64,000 bases of DNA from Macrostomum lignano (Eukaryota): positions 434,001 to 498,000 of the forward strand of contig NIVC01000019.1 in the NCBI GenBank assembly GCA_002269645.1, read 5' to 3'. This document shows, in pieces, positions 52,226-64,000 of this stretch. A model generated the notes under the pieces. It had not been told where the DNA came from, searched no databases, and saw nothing but the letters and a program-made list of their open reading frames with translations. Positions within the stretch are counted from its first letter, which is position 1; the number at the start of each line of letters is the position of its first letter. The position numbers and the translations under genes are program-made.

Positions 52226-52737
52226 AAGGGATTGCAATCCTGGGATCCTAAAATCCTGGGATTGGGCCTAAATTTCAAATCCCGGGACTATTATAGTTTT
52301 TATTTTTACAAAAAAGTATTATTAATATGAACATAATTGGGCCAAAAACTAGTTTATTATACTGTGCTAATTTCCATTAAAGTTCCCCACATTGTGTGGT
52401 TACCTTTTAAATGCTGCATTACAGGTTTGAATGTGAAATTTATTCCAATGTAAATTTTGATACATAATTAGCTTCTTTACTACTAATTAGTACTTTTATA
52501 CTACTTACTTAAATACATCACAAGATACTGTTGTTTTTTATCTACAAAAAGATCATTATCTCTAATAACAAAAAATGGAAGCAAAAATATGTTTAGCACA
52601 TATTTTTACCTTAAAATTTCAACCCAAAAGCTTAAAAATCTGTATTTTTCTGATCCTGGGATCCTAGGATTGGCCAAATTCTGGGATTAAATCCCGGGAT
52701 CCTAGAATCACAAAAAATGGGGATTTTGCAATCCCTA
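52226..52737. mobile_element. hAT-type MITE (TAGGGATTGCAA termini) with an 8-bp TSD
   Basis: TSD ATGCCATA at 52218-52225 and 52738-52745; subterminal ATCCCGGGAT/ATCCTGGGAT repeats. Confidence 0.88.
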
Positions 52738-53244
52738 ATGCCATACCATGCTATGCCACTATCAAGCTGATCCATGCTAGATGTCATTTACTAAAATGTA
52801 TAGGGCCTATATGTTGCAAACTAAAACTTATACAATATTGATATATCCTATGTGATCTCTAATATACTCATAGCTATGGTTAGTTTTGTTGTTTAATGTC
52901 AGAAAAAATTCAAGTATGTATACTAGCTGTTTATAATAACTATTTATAATTCTTGTTGCCAAATTTTAAAGATTTTAAAGTTTTTAAATAATAAGAAAAA
53001 GGCTTATGGACTAGCTACCTAGTGTCTTTTTGGTTTAGTTATTTAACAAGTCTAAATTTAATCTTGGAATTACCAATTTACAAACCTTTATTAAGGTGAT
53101 TTTATTAATGAGTAAACTCTGATTGTTTAGTTCTCTTGGAATTGATATTTCTAATGCTTGTATTGTACAGCATACACATTTTTTACCTAACTGGCAAAAT
53201 ATTAAGATTAAGCCATTGGTTTTACTTGGCTGTATCTGCTACTA

Positions 53245-53500
53245 CAGGGGTTGGCAAAAATTTTAACCTCAAAAGCCAGCTAAATAATCTTTAGATCATA
53301 CTGCAGGCCAGATGAGAGAGCAAAGGGAATAGAGTCGAGAGAAGAGAAGATGAGAAAAGAAAAAAAGAAGAGGAGAGTAGGGAAGAGGGATGAGTGGAGA
53401 GAGCAAGAGGATCCAGGCAAAGAGAGAGGAAAATAGAGAAGAAGGGAGAGGGAACTCAGAAAAGGCAACTTTGAGCTGGCCGGATTGCTATTGTAAAGTT
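53245..53500 (+). mobile_element. Partial hAT-like element related to 12547-12856, just upstream of HUS1
   Basis: CAGGGGTTGGCAAA start, CTGCAGGCCAGATGAGAG and a GA-rich tract; right end not recognised. Confidence 0.45.
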
Positions 53501-53683
53501 TCAAAGGACCCGAGGGCTGAAAGAAAGGCTTTGTTTATTAGAGATTTAACCTAAGAATTTAATAGATGGACAGTAAAATCTACTGGACTACTTGCAGTAG
53601 AGAGAGCGTTAAAATTTTCGCTCATAGAAACTTCTCAATTCAATTGCAGGCCCTATCTGCTTAGTTTGAGAACAAAGCCAATT

Positions 53684-56600
53684 ATGAAATTTCGAGCAGC
53701 CACGCAGGACGCGGGCTGCGTGCAGTACCTGTGCAAGGCTATCGTATTCGTGTCCAAGCTGGCTAACAATTGCGTCATGCGATGCACGCCAGACTGCATC
53801 TATTTTGTGCTGTGCGGCCATACAGTTGAAGGCGGCGTTCGCGTCTGGTTTGAAATTAAACGGGACACCCTGTTCTCGGACTACTCCATGGCCGGCCTGG
53901 ACGAGGAGCACGAGGAGGTGAGTCGCCATAAATGATAGCTTATGTCCCAAGTTCGATTCCTGATGCGACCTGCGCTCTAACAGTAGGAATGCCACGAGCC
54001 ATTCTAGCCCTCCGGCCCGTCGAGATATTCAACAATCTGTCAGAAGGTCGGATTTTTCTCATAAGTGCTTGTGTATTGAATACACCCCTAGCACTGCGCC
54101 ACAGTGCAGTCTTGCCAAGGCTCCAAAGTTCATCAGCACGTCGATCACTTGTGTCTGCTTCAGCTTTGACTTTGTTGTTCACTGGCCTTCACCCAGACGG
54201 AGCTTCTGGACCTTCAAAAGATGCCACCGGGTGACTATGGACACTGTTGCGAATTTCTCTTGTTTCGCTTAATTGTGAAATTGACTTTTGCTTGTTAATT
54301 TACACATTTAGATTGGTTATAAATTGGCTCTGCTCATTCTCAGCAAAATACTGTGTTGACTGTCTCCTACCCTAAACAGGTGCAGCTCGAGGTGGTGCTG
54401 GAGACCATGGTCGGCGCGCTCACAAAGTCCTTCGGGCAGGCGCGAGGTCTCCGCCTCAAGCTGACGCGTCGAGACGCTGCGCCTCTGCTACAGATGGAGC
54501 TGGAACTGCCGACTGTGCTCACAGATGAGTCGCGTCACGTGACTCACAACGTACCTGTGCGAGTTGTACCGCTGCGCTACTGGGGCGAATTCCAGACTCC
54601 GCTGGAGCCCGAATTCGACATCAGCTTCTATTTTCCGCCGTTGAGTACCGTGCGCAACGTGCTGGACAGGATGCGGAATCTCAGCAACCGGCTGACCATC
54701 TTTGCTCAGCGATCAACCAGGTGCGCGCTAGCGAGCTGTCCAGTGCAGAGTCCCAGTCTGCTGTTTTAGTCATGTTTTTGCTTTGAGATAATAGATGTTA
54801 TTTTCGTAACGGGTGCACTGAAGCAATGCAGAGTTAAGTGTCTTGCTCAAGGACACAAATTGCTCCGACTGGTATCGGGAATCGAACCCCCGACCTTTAA
54901 GTCGTGACTCCGACGCTCTAACCACTAAGCTACAACCCTTGGCTAGAAGTTAGAAGTCAATGGTCCTTTTTGTTTTAAACTGCCGTTGTTTCTTAGAAAC
55001 TTTTTGCCAGTCCGGTATGTAGTTTCTTAGAAATCTCAAGCTGATTAGAAATGGGCACCCGCGATAGGGTTGCGAGCGCCCACCCTAGCCTGTACTGTAC
55101 GCAGGCACACACTGGGTGTACCGCGGCCCTGACTTTCTCATTGTCAGGCGTGTGTGCTATGGAAGTGAATCGCACGACAACCCCTCGATCCTTCTGCGCA
55201 TTCTGCGATTTTCCTGCGCACAAGCCCCAATTTGAATGCGGTCGCGCACGGAATCGAACTTAGTAAAACAGCTTTCTATTAGGGTAAGCCAAAAGTTTCC
55301 GGAAATTTTTTCGAATCGAACTTTCAGTTAATTTTTGTCTATAGAAAAGCTTAAAAGCAGCAACCATCTACTATGCTGTTGGCCAGCCGTATCATCACTC
55401 TTTAGCTTAGCATCGCTCAGTTTCCCAGACCCTGCCTACTTAAGCCAGCAAACGCATTCAATGGAACTGCCAAGAACTGAATGGCGAGCAATTCTGCTCA
55501 GCCACTTTCTTGCGGGACGCAAAGTAGCCGAGGCACATCGCGAGTTGTTGCAGCTGATGGGCCCACATGCACCCTCAAAGTCATCGGTGTACGACTGGTT
55601 CTCTCGCTTTGCTGAGGAGAACTCTGAGCTGCAGGACAAGCCGAGGTCAGGCCGACCCCCTGCTGCTGATGGCGATGCCGTTCTCCAAGCCCTTGAGGAC
55701 AATCCGGACTACAGCGTGCGCAAGCTGCCAGCTGCTACTGGGGTGTCCTGTGGCACGGTCCGGTGGAGCCTGCATGCTGCAGACAAGGTGCCGAAGAAGC
55801 CTACTCTGGTGCCCCATGAGCTGACAACTCAGCAGCTGAGAGCCAGGGTGGATGTGGCAACTTCGAATCTTCGCCAGGCCGGTTCGCCAAACTTTTTCAA
55901 GTCGATAATCGGTCAAGACGAGAAGTGGGTCTGCTATGAGAACCCAAGCACATCAGCCGTCTGGGTCGATGCTTCTGAAGAACCCCCACTGCGGCAAGGA
56001 GCTGCGTTATTTCTGTGTCTGCTCGTCTGGCCCTGTTTTCTGGGAGGTCATCCCGCATGGCATGGCTGTGAACGCGGAGGTGATCTGTAGCGAACTGGAG
56101 CAGGTCGCCCGTTTGCTGCGATCCGTGTGCCCGGGGCACCGCGACAAGGTGCTCCTCTTCGACAATGCGCGGCCTCACAAAGCAAGACTTACCCAGGCCA
56201 AGCTGGCAAGCCTGGGCTTCAGTGTTTTGCCCTACCCACCATACTCGCCAGACCTCTCGCCATGCGACTACCATGTGTTCAGATCCCTTCAGAGCTTTTG
56301 CAATGGACAGTGATTCGCCAACAAGAAACATGTGGAGCAGGCAGTGCAGAAATGGATAGATTCAAGGCCTGCGAGCTTCTGGAGGGAGGGGATCGAGGCA
56401 TTGCCAGCAAGATGGGAGAGGCGCAGGCCCTTGAATGGCAACTACATCACATCGCTGAAACTGTTTGTTCTTGACACTATTTGTTACAGTTTTCAATTGT
56501 TCAAATTCAGGAAACTTTTAGCTTACCCTTATTACTCTAAGTTCAGTAGCAAAGAAGAATACTGAAGCTATTTTATAAATTTTGTAAGAGTAAAGGCGGC

Positions 56601-57355
56601 TGAAATTACTTTGATAAATTTAGAAGCCCAAAGCTTGCAGGCGTAAGCAATTTGCTAATTGGTTCAGCCATAATGTACATTGGCCAGTCCACTGAAATGT
56701 ACATGGCAGCTTTAGGCTGGAATTCCGAGAAAGGCAATAAAAATTGGGGCGGGCAGGGGCAGTGCGGAAAGGCGCGGTTGGAGGGTTTCAGCTGGAGGGG
56801 GTCAGAGCCAGTGAAATGAGCCTTGGCTTTTAAAATACATTAAAATGCTTCAGTTTAACTTACTACTGAACTGAAAGTAGCTTACACGCAAATGTGCTGA
56901 GTGGCCCATCTAGTTATTCCTAGTATCTATGCCACTCCAAACTGGTGAAGCCGTGCTCACTGACTTCCCGCAGAGACCAGGGCAAGTGCTCGATGCGGCT
57001 CTCCGTCACCAACAGCATGGCCTCCGTGTCCACCACCTTCAAAGATTTACAACTGCCTCGATGGCGCGACGAACCAGTCGACGCTGCAGGCGACGTTCAG
57101 AACGGTCGCAATGGCGATGAAGGTGATGAAGCCGAGGATGCTGAAGCCGCAGCCGAAGGAGTCGACGTGCCGCAGTCGGCTCGGCCAGTCCGAGTCGCGG
57201 TGGACATTCGCAAGATTGGCTCGCTGTTGAGCAGCCCGCTGGCCTGCCCGACCCGAATAGTGTGCAACCTGGTGAGGCACCGGGTGGCCCAGTTCTTCAT
57301 CTTTTACGATGAAGTCCAGCTGCAGTATTTCATACCCGCCCTGGATACTGAGTAG
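53684..57355 (+). CDS. HUS1: Checkpoint clamp subunit HUS1 (9-1-1 complex), 3 exons
   Basis: Exons 53684-53917, 54380-54720 and 56974-57355. Motifs MKFRA....GC...SKLANNCVMR, GGVRVW, VTHNVPVRVVP, DISFYFP.L...LDRMRNLSN.L.I, VDIRK and LQYFIPAL match HUS1 along its length. Confidence 0.95.
54811..54938 (-). mobile_element. tRNA-derived SINE family B, truncated copy 3 (HUS1 intron 2)
   Basis: Head and CORE-like block are homologous to 38062-38302. Confidence 0.75.
55279..56531 (+). mobile_element. Full-length mariner (D,D34D) element in HUS1 intron 2
   Basis: ~26-bp TIRs TTAGGGTAAGCCAAAAGTTTCCGGAA and TTCAGGAAACTTTTAGCTTACCCTTA; ~1.25 kb; TA at the left flank. Confidence 0.92.
55461..56474 (+). 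pseudogene. Mariner transposase pseudogene
   Basis: HTH (WFSRF...DKPRSGRP), WVPHEL-like LVPHEL, DEKWVCY, DNARPH and YSPDLSPCDY. A frameshift lies near 55950-56000 and an in-frame TGA at 56311-56313. Confidence 0.92.
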
Positions 57356-57469
57356 GGTTGGGAATGTGAACTTTTTATTTAACTGTTTGTTAACCCTCAC
57401 TGTGTGTAGTTTATGTTTTTGAATCCTGTTTCAAAGTTTATAATCCCAACTTGGAGATATGAAGTGTTT

Positions 57470-58060
57470 GTTGAAGTGTCAGAGATATGAAGTGTCGGGG
57501 ATATGAAGTGTCGGAGACATGAAGTGTCGGAGACATGAAGTGTCAGAGATATGAAGTGTTTGTTGAAGTGTCAGAGATATGAAGTGTCCGAGATATGAAG
57601 TGTCGGAGATATGAAGTGTCGGGGATATGAAGTGTCGGAGACATGAAGTGTCGAAGGCATGAAGTGTCGAAGGCATGAAGTGTCGGAGACATGAAGTGTC
57701 GAAGGCATGAAGTGTCGGAGACATGAAGTGTCGAATGCATGAAGTGTCGGAGACATGAAGTGTCGGAGACATGAAGTGTCGGAGACATGAAGTGTCGGAG
57801 ACATGAAGTGTCGGAGATATGAAGTGTCGGAGACATGAAGTGTCGAAGGCATGAAGTGTCGGAGACATGAAGTGTCGGAGACATGAAGTGTCGGAGACAT
57901 GAAGTGTCGGAGACATGAAGTGTCGGAGATATGAAGTGTCGGAGATATGAAGTGTCGGAGACATGAAGTGTCGGAGACATGAAGTGTCGGAGATATGAAG
58001 TGTCGGAGACATGAAGTGTCGGATATATAAAGTGTCGGAGACATAAAGTGTCGGAGTTAT
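57470..58060. repeat. 16-bp minisatellite (GAAGTGTCGGAGACAT) just 3' of HUS1
   Basis: Tandem units read directly. Confidence 0.95.
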
Positions 58061-58639
58061 GAAGCGTCCTGAGGATTGAAGTGTCGGGAGTTGTGAAGAA
58101 AACTGCTTCTCGGAGATATAAACCCTCACTGTCCGCACCGTTAACTTTCCGCTTCTTTGCTCTGCTGCTTTTAGGCAATTTTTTACGCCTTATAGTAATT
58201 AGGTGAGCATTAAAACTAAGCAATGCATTTCGTATTATTCAGTTCCTATATTTTCTGTTTTCGTTTTCTACCAGTAATAAAAATTGTAGCATTTGAGTGT
58301 TGTTGCTTGCTTGCTTGTTTTGCTTAACCTTGCGATTAATTATTATTGTTGTTATTTAAAGTTTACCATTGCAGTGATAACTTCAGTTGTATAATTTGTA
58401 CTTTTATGCGTATAAGGTTTTGCATTTGATACGTTGGTGCGCTGTAAAATCTCTGTTAATTTGCTAATAGAAGTCTTTAGAACTCTGTATATCTAGATTC
58501 AAGTTACGCCGACTTTTTGCTTTCTAATAAATAATGTGTAAGCAAGCCGTTCTCTAGCTTTTTTCATTCTAAGTTCTTTTAAAATTTCATAATATGGCTA
58601 CAATTAGTCGGTGGAGAAAATGAAATACAGACAGGTAGA

Positions 58640-58737
58640 TAGATAGTTAGATAGATGGGTGGATAGATAGATAGATAGATGGGTGGATAGATAGATAGAT
58701 AGTTAGATAGATGGGTGGATAGATAGATAGATAGATC

Positions 58738-58782
<45 letters not shown>

Positions 58783-58858
58783 TTAGATAGTTAGATAGAT
58801 AGATAGATAGATAGATAGTTAGATAGATGGGTGGATATATAGATAGATAGATAGATAC

Positions 58859-58952
<94 letters not shown>

Positions 58953-58960
58953 GGATAGAT
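58640..58960. repeat. (GATA)n microsatellite
   Basis: Tetranucleotide run. Confidence 0.97.
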
Positions 58961-59038
58961 AAATACGTAGGTGAATGGATGGATAAAACAAATAGTCAGC
59001 CTCCCCTGCATTGCAGCCCAGCAGCCCCCAGGTTCAAC

Positions 59039-60016
59039 ATGACTGAGAAAAAGAACGACGACAGCAAGCGAGGCGCCGATGAACGCCAGCGGCCGGTCAG
59101 GGCCGGTGGCGGATCCGGCGATTTGGCGGATCAAGCCGCCGGAGCCCTGACCCGCTTCTCCCAGGAGCTCTCAAAGGCGTCGCCTACCCAGCAGGTAAGG
59201 ACCCGCGCAACAGCACTTGCTGGAGCTATACGCAGCGACACGTGCCACACCCACCCAAGCTACACCTACCCAAGCCACACCCACCCAAGCCACACCCACC
59301 CAAGCCACACCCACCCCAACCACACCCACCCCAACCACACCCACCCCAACCACACCCACCCCAACCACACCCAACCCAGCCACACCCACCCAAGCCACAC
59401 CCACCCCAACCACACCCACCCCAACGACACCCACCCCAACCACACCCACCCCAACCACACCCACCCCAGCCACACCCACCCCAACCACACCCACCACAGA
59501 CGCACTAACCCCATCTAGTGACTCACACCAACCAATTACCCATCCGATCCAATGACTCACCCCAATAAAAAATGACTCAGTCCCATTAAATGACTCATCC
59601 CATTCAATGACTCAGCCCAATCAATGACTCCTCCCATCCAATGACTCACCCCAATCAATGACCAACCTCCCTCCGCCTCCTCTCCGCAGGCCATCGCTGG
59701 CGGCGGCAGCGGCTGCCTGACTGGCTACCTATTCGGCCGGATCGGGCGTACAGCCGCCCTGGCCGTTGGCGGCGGCCTGATCTGCCTGTCGCTGGCGCAG
59801 CAGCGCGGCCTGATCAGCGTCAACTGGCGCCGGGTCGAGCAGCAGGCCAGGCAAGCCGTGGACGAAGTGGCCGACGCCGCCGGGGAGAATGTCATCGGCA
59901 ATGGTGGCAACAATCTGCAGCAGGTGCTGGAGCGGGCCAAGCAGGTGTTGGCTGCGCACCGCTACTTTGCGGCCACGTTTGCTGGCGGCTTTCTGGTTGG
60001 CTTGGCCGCTTCTTAA
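59039..60016 (+). CDS. FUNDC1: FUN14-domain mitochondrial outer-membrane protein (FUNDC1/2-like), 2 exons, ~160 aa
   Basis: Exons 59039-59194 and 59690-60016. [35 protein letters not shown]....[12 protein letters not shown] and [12 protein letters not shown] match the FUN14 family. The choice of paralog symbol is not resolvable here. Confidence 0.88.
59240..59660. repeat. 15-bp (CCACACCCACCCCAA) and degenerate AATGACTCACCC repeats in the FUNDC intron
   Basis: Tandem units read directly. Confidence 0.9.
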
Positions 60017-60942
60017 CCAGCGGATTGTCGGCATCAAGTTGAGTAGTTGGAATCCCAATTGGGGATCATTTCAGCATCTCCCTGGGAGTAATGGATTAAT
60101 TGTATCTCTGCGTTACCTGTGCAATGTTGATATTTTTTTAACACATCATGTTTCATATTTGCGGGGCGTTAACCATAGCAGTGTAATCCATTTTGACTCC
60201 CTATTTTATGTGCTGGTTGGCAATTAATCTCGAATTTCTTTTCGTGTACAGCCCCAAAATTGATTGATTTTATGACTATGGCTTTGACTATCTTGAGTCT
60301 GGAACCTAATTTCCCGCCTCATCTGCATCCGTGTATCGTTTTCTTTTCTCAACCACAGCAACACCATTTTTTGGACCTGTTAATGTTTCCGCTGTAGACT
60401 GCAACTATATATAACTAGATGTTTGTGATATAGGCAAACTGCATGCATCTCTACTTACGAGTAGTATATAGCTTTATATTCGTACAGGAGCAGCACTTAG
60501 TGCCCAGTCCAGTTAAATGAATACAGCTTAAACCCAGTTGAAAAGTAGCGTGCATATTCAATCATTTATGGATGCGTTTTTTCTCTTATTGTGCAATAGT
60601 TGTTGGCGTCTATTTTCGAAAAACAAAAACTGTTTTTTGTTAATTTTTTCCTATTGTTTCAATGTTAAAGTTGAAAAAATTGTTTTTATTAGTTTTCGTA
60701 ATAATTACAGTAAAACCGAGATCCTGCTACCGTGTTTCTCTTTCAGCTATGAAATGTTTTGCTTCTTAGTTATTTTTTAGCGCCCTATTTAGCTGCGTAC
60801 TAACCGCGACAGATTCCACTTAACTTTTAGAGCTTGTATCGAATGCACTGATCTACCTAGGCTAGCGAACCGGTTTGAGAAAACTGGGGGTTTATATTGC
60901 GTAATATAATTTACGAAAACATAAATTCATGTTGCAGCCGCC

Positions 60943-62406
60943 ATGCCCACTCTGCTGCTACTGGACCGGTCGCTGTCTATGGCCAGGAGGCCCAGCCCCG
61001 ACAGCAAGCTCACCTACCTTGAATTGGCCGTGAGCAGTGCTCACCAGGTTTTGACTCATCTGGCTCGAACGGCTCCAGCCGAATTTGTCGCTTTAGGGTT
61101 AGTGGGATCCGAGCTGGAGCTGGCGTTCTCGTTCACTCAGGTGAGCCCCTTACTGAGTCTCTAGCCTTGAGCGGTGCTAAAAAGCCTTGAGCGCTGCCCT
61201 TTGATTTGAGCCGCACCTTGATTCAAGCCGTCCTTTGATCCAAGCTGCCCTTGATCTGAACTGCCCTTTGATCTCAGCCGCACTCCGATTGAAGCAACCA
61301 TTTTATCCAAGCCGCCCTTTGATCCAAGCCGCCCTTTGATCCAAGCCGCCCTTTGATCCAAGCCGCCCTTTGATCCAAGCCGCCCTTTGATCCAAGCCGC
61401 CCTTTGATCCAAGCCGCCCTTTGATCCAAGCAGTCCTTTGATGCGAACTTCCCTTTGATCCTAGCCGCCCTTGATCCGAACTGCCCTTTGATTCTAACCG
61501 CCCTTTGATCCAAGTCGCCCTTTTATTCTAACCGCCCTTTGATCCAAACCGTCCTTTGATGCGAACTGCCCTTTGATCCAAGCCGCCCTTGATCCGAACT
61601 GCCCTTTGATCCAAGCCGCCCTTGATCCGAACTGCCCTTTGATTCTAACCGCCCTTTGATCCAAGCCGCCCTTTGATCCAAGCCGCCCTTGATCCGAACT
61701 GCCCTTTGATTCTAACCGCCCTTTGATCCAAGCCGCCCTTTGATCCAAGCCGCCCTTTGATCCAAACTGCCCTTTGATCCAAACCGCCCTTTGATCCGAG
61801 CCGCTATTTCCCCTCCTCCCTCGCCCAGGACGTATCCGCCATGCAGCAGTACCTGCCGAGCGTTGGACCTCGCGACGCTGCCCGTCTAGCGCCGGCTCTG
61901 GAGGCCGCCAGTCAGCTGATTGTTCGCGACTTCGGCCCCGGCCTCGGCGGCCCCGCCTGCCGCGTCCTGCTGCTGACAGACGACGGTGGCCGCCTGGCGC
62001 CCGGCTTGGAGGCCTCGTCGGCTGCCCGCGCGTTGGCCGACGGTCGGATCGACCTGTCGGTTTTGTGCCTGCGCTCGGCGCCCGGGCCCTGCCTGACGGA
62101 GCTTCAGCAGGTTCAGCGCCAACAGCAGCAGCAGCAGCAGCATTTTAGCTTGACCATCTCCAGTCCGGCTGATTGCTCGCTGAAGGCGGTTTCCGAAGCG
62201 GTCCAGTCGCTGTGCCAGAGTCGCCTGTCGCCAATGACAGTTCGACTGCATTGCGGCAGCGTCACCCAGCTGGTGGAGCTGCATCCGGGACCTTCCGGCT
62301 GCGACCGATTCGTTGGGTCCGGCTGCAGAAGCCCGCGGCGGTACCAGCCCGATAAGGATGTCCGGCTGATCGGCTTCCTGCAGGTCGGCTGATGGTTCGA
62401 TAGACC

Positions 62407-62487
<81 letters not shown>

Positions 62488-62528
62488 CAGACAGACAGAC
62501 AGGCAGACAGACAGGCAGATACACAGGC

Positions 62529-62569
<41 letters not shown>

Positions 62570-64000
62570 GCCCGACAGACAGACATAGATACACAGACAC
62601 ATAGACAGACAGACAGACAGGCAGGCAGATACACAGGCAGACAGACAGACAGCCAGATAAACAGACAGACAGACAGACAGGCAGATACACAGACAGACAG
62701 ACAGACAGACACACACACAGACACACAGACAGGCAGATACACAGACAGGCAGATACACAGGCAGACAGACAGACAGACAGACAGGCAGATACACAGGCAG
62801 ACAGACAGACAGACACACACACAGACACACAGACAGGCAGATACACAGACAGGCAGATACACAGACAGACAGGCAGACACACAGAGCAGTTACACTGATT
62901 CATTCCGCATTGCCTTATCTGTCCCAGATCTCGGAGATCTACAGCCCGGCCGTGCTGTCCCGTCACCTCGTACTGCCAGCCGCAGCCTTGCCAGAATCTT
63001 CCGCTGGCGCGCCAGGCGCCTCAGTCGAGCCGCCTCACCTTACTACGCTGCTTCAAGCCTCGCTTCGAGCCGATTCTTTTGTGGCTTTGGCAACGCTTGG
63101 CAACACCGAAGACTCCGATTGGTACTGCTTCTTGCACGCGCACCCCGGGGGCCGGCGCTGCGCCCTGCTGCTGTCAGTGCTGGAGCCCGGCCCCGAGCCG
63201 GCCGTCTGGCTGGGCAAAATTCCCTACCTGGCTCCAGCCAGCGATTTTGATGAGGCCGCTCTGGCCAATGTTAACCCGTTCCCGGTGAAGCCCAAAGGAA
63301 ACAAGCCGAGCTACGCTGCGTCCTGCATTGTGTGGACTAAGCAGGCGTCGGTATGTCTGACTAAACTCTGAATCTTAGCTGCGGCGCATTGACACCTGGT
63401 GTCGGTGTGACATTTGTGACACCTGTGTGCTAGTCAGTGTGACACCTGTGTGCTAGTCAGTGTGACACCTGTGTGCTAGTCAGTGTGACACCTGTGTGCT
63501 AGTCAGTGTGACACCTGTGTGCTAGTCAGTGTGACACCTGTGTGCTAGTCAGTGTGACACCTGTGTGCTAGTCAGTGTGACACCTGTGTGCTAGTCAGTG
63601 TGACACCTGTGTGCTAGTCAGTGTGACACCTGTGTGCTAGTCAGTGTGACACCTGTGTGCTAGTCAGTGTGACACCTGTGTGCTAGTCAGTGTGACACCT
63701 GTGTGCTAGTCAGTGTGACACCTGTGTGCTAGTCAGTGTGACACCTGTGTGCTAGTCAGTGTGACACCTGTGTGCTAGTCAATAATACCTGTGTGCCAAC
63801 GGTACAGTACTTACAAGCTCTACAAGTCCCCACAATCCCCATTCAACATCAGGTAGTGGCCGACGTACAAAAGATCAGCCGCTGGGCCAGAAAACTGCCA
63901 GACAAAGCCAATCAATTCTACCAGGAGCTGAACAGACTGCGCCGTCACGCCCTGACCATCGGCTTTGTTGAACTGCTGTCGGCTGTGCGCGATCTGCTGC
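60943..64000 (+). CDS. INTS14: Integrator complex subunit 14 (VWA9), 5' part; continues beyond the window
   Basis: Exons 60943-61140, 61829-62383, 62928-63350 and 63853->64000, all phase 0. Motifs are [13 protein letters not shown] (VWA start), [29 protein letters not shown]...VWTKQ and DVQKI.R.ARKLPDK...FY.ELNRLRR.AL..GF.ELL. Confidence 0.92.
61190..61800. repeat. ~18-bp minisatellite (GCCCTTTGATCCAAGCC), INTS14 intron 1
   Basis: Tandem units read directly. Confidence 0.93.
62405..62885. repeat. (CAGA)n-rich microsatellite, INTS14 intron 2
   Basis: Tetranucleotide-based run. Confidence 0.95.
63415..63780. repeat. 23-bp minisatellite (GTGACACCTGTGTGCTAGTCAGT), ~16 copies, INTS14 intron 3
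   Basis: Period of 23 at 63421/63444. Confidence 0.95.

Noticed and set aside
59171-59560. Pro/His/Thr-rich ORFs in several frames
   Set aside because: 15-bp intronic repeat of the FUNDC gene
61886-62966. Long Cys/Val/Leu/Ser-rich minus-strand ORFs
   Set aside because: Antisense translation of the (CAGA)n tract and INTS14 exon 2

Overview
Repeat-rich animal genomic DNA, not prokaryotic. It has GT-AG introns, GC-rich exons, SINE/LINE/MITE insertions and a different minisatellite in almost every long intron. The style suggests a free-living flatworm such as Macrostomum (inference only). Spliced genes reconstructed by hand: spatacsin/SPG11 (+, 8 exons), a secreted WSC-domain protein (-), a GT32 DXD glycosyltransferase (+), a DUR3-type urea/Na+-solute symporter (+, 9 exons), a calpain-like protein that appears to lack its catalytic His and Asn (-, 6 exons), HUS1 (+, with a dead mariner in intron 2), a FUN14/FUNDC protein (+) and the 5' part of INTS14 (+). 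Two small orphan ORFs are also plausible. Mobile DNA includes an internally deleted P-superfamily element with ~155-bp TIRs, an 8-bp TSD and an open THAP + coiled-coil ORF (KP-repressor-like), a 5'-truncated RNase H LINE with a 12-bp TSD, several MITEs and two tRNA-derived SINE families. A near-perfect 662-bp tandem array and a ~6-kb AT-rich island lie between the calpain gene and HUS1. I found no CRISPR, rRNA or true tRNA. Most long ORFs in the track are read-throughs of tandem repeats. All family assignments come from motif recognition, not database searches. No clearly new multi-gene system is evident. The best leads are the P-element derivative, the pseudo-calpain, the exon-flanking minisatellite architecture and a possible trans-spliced operon.
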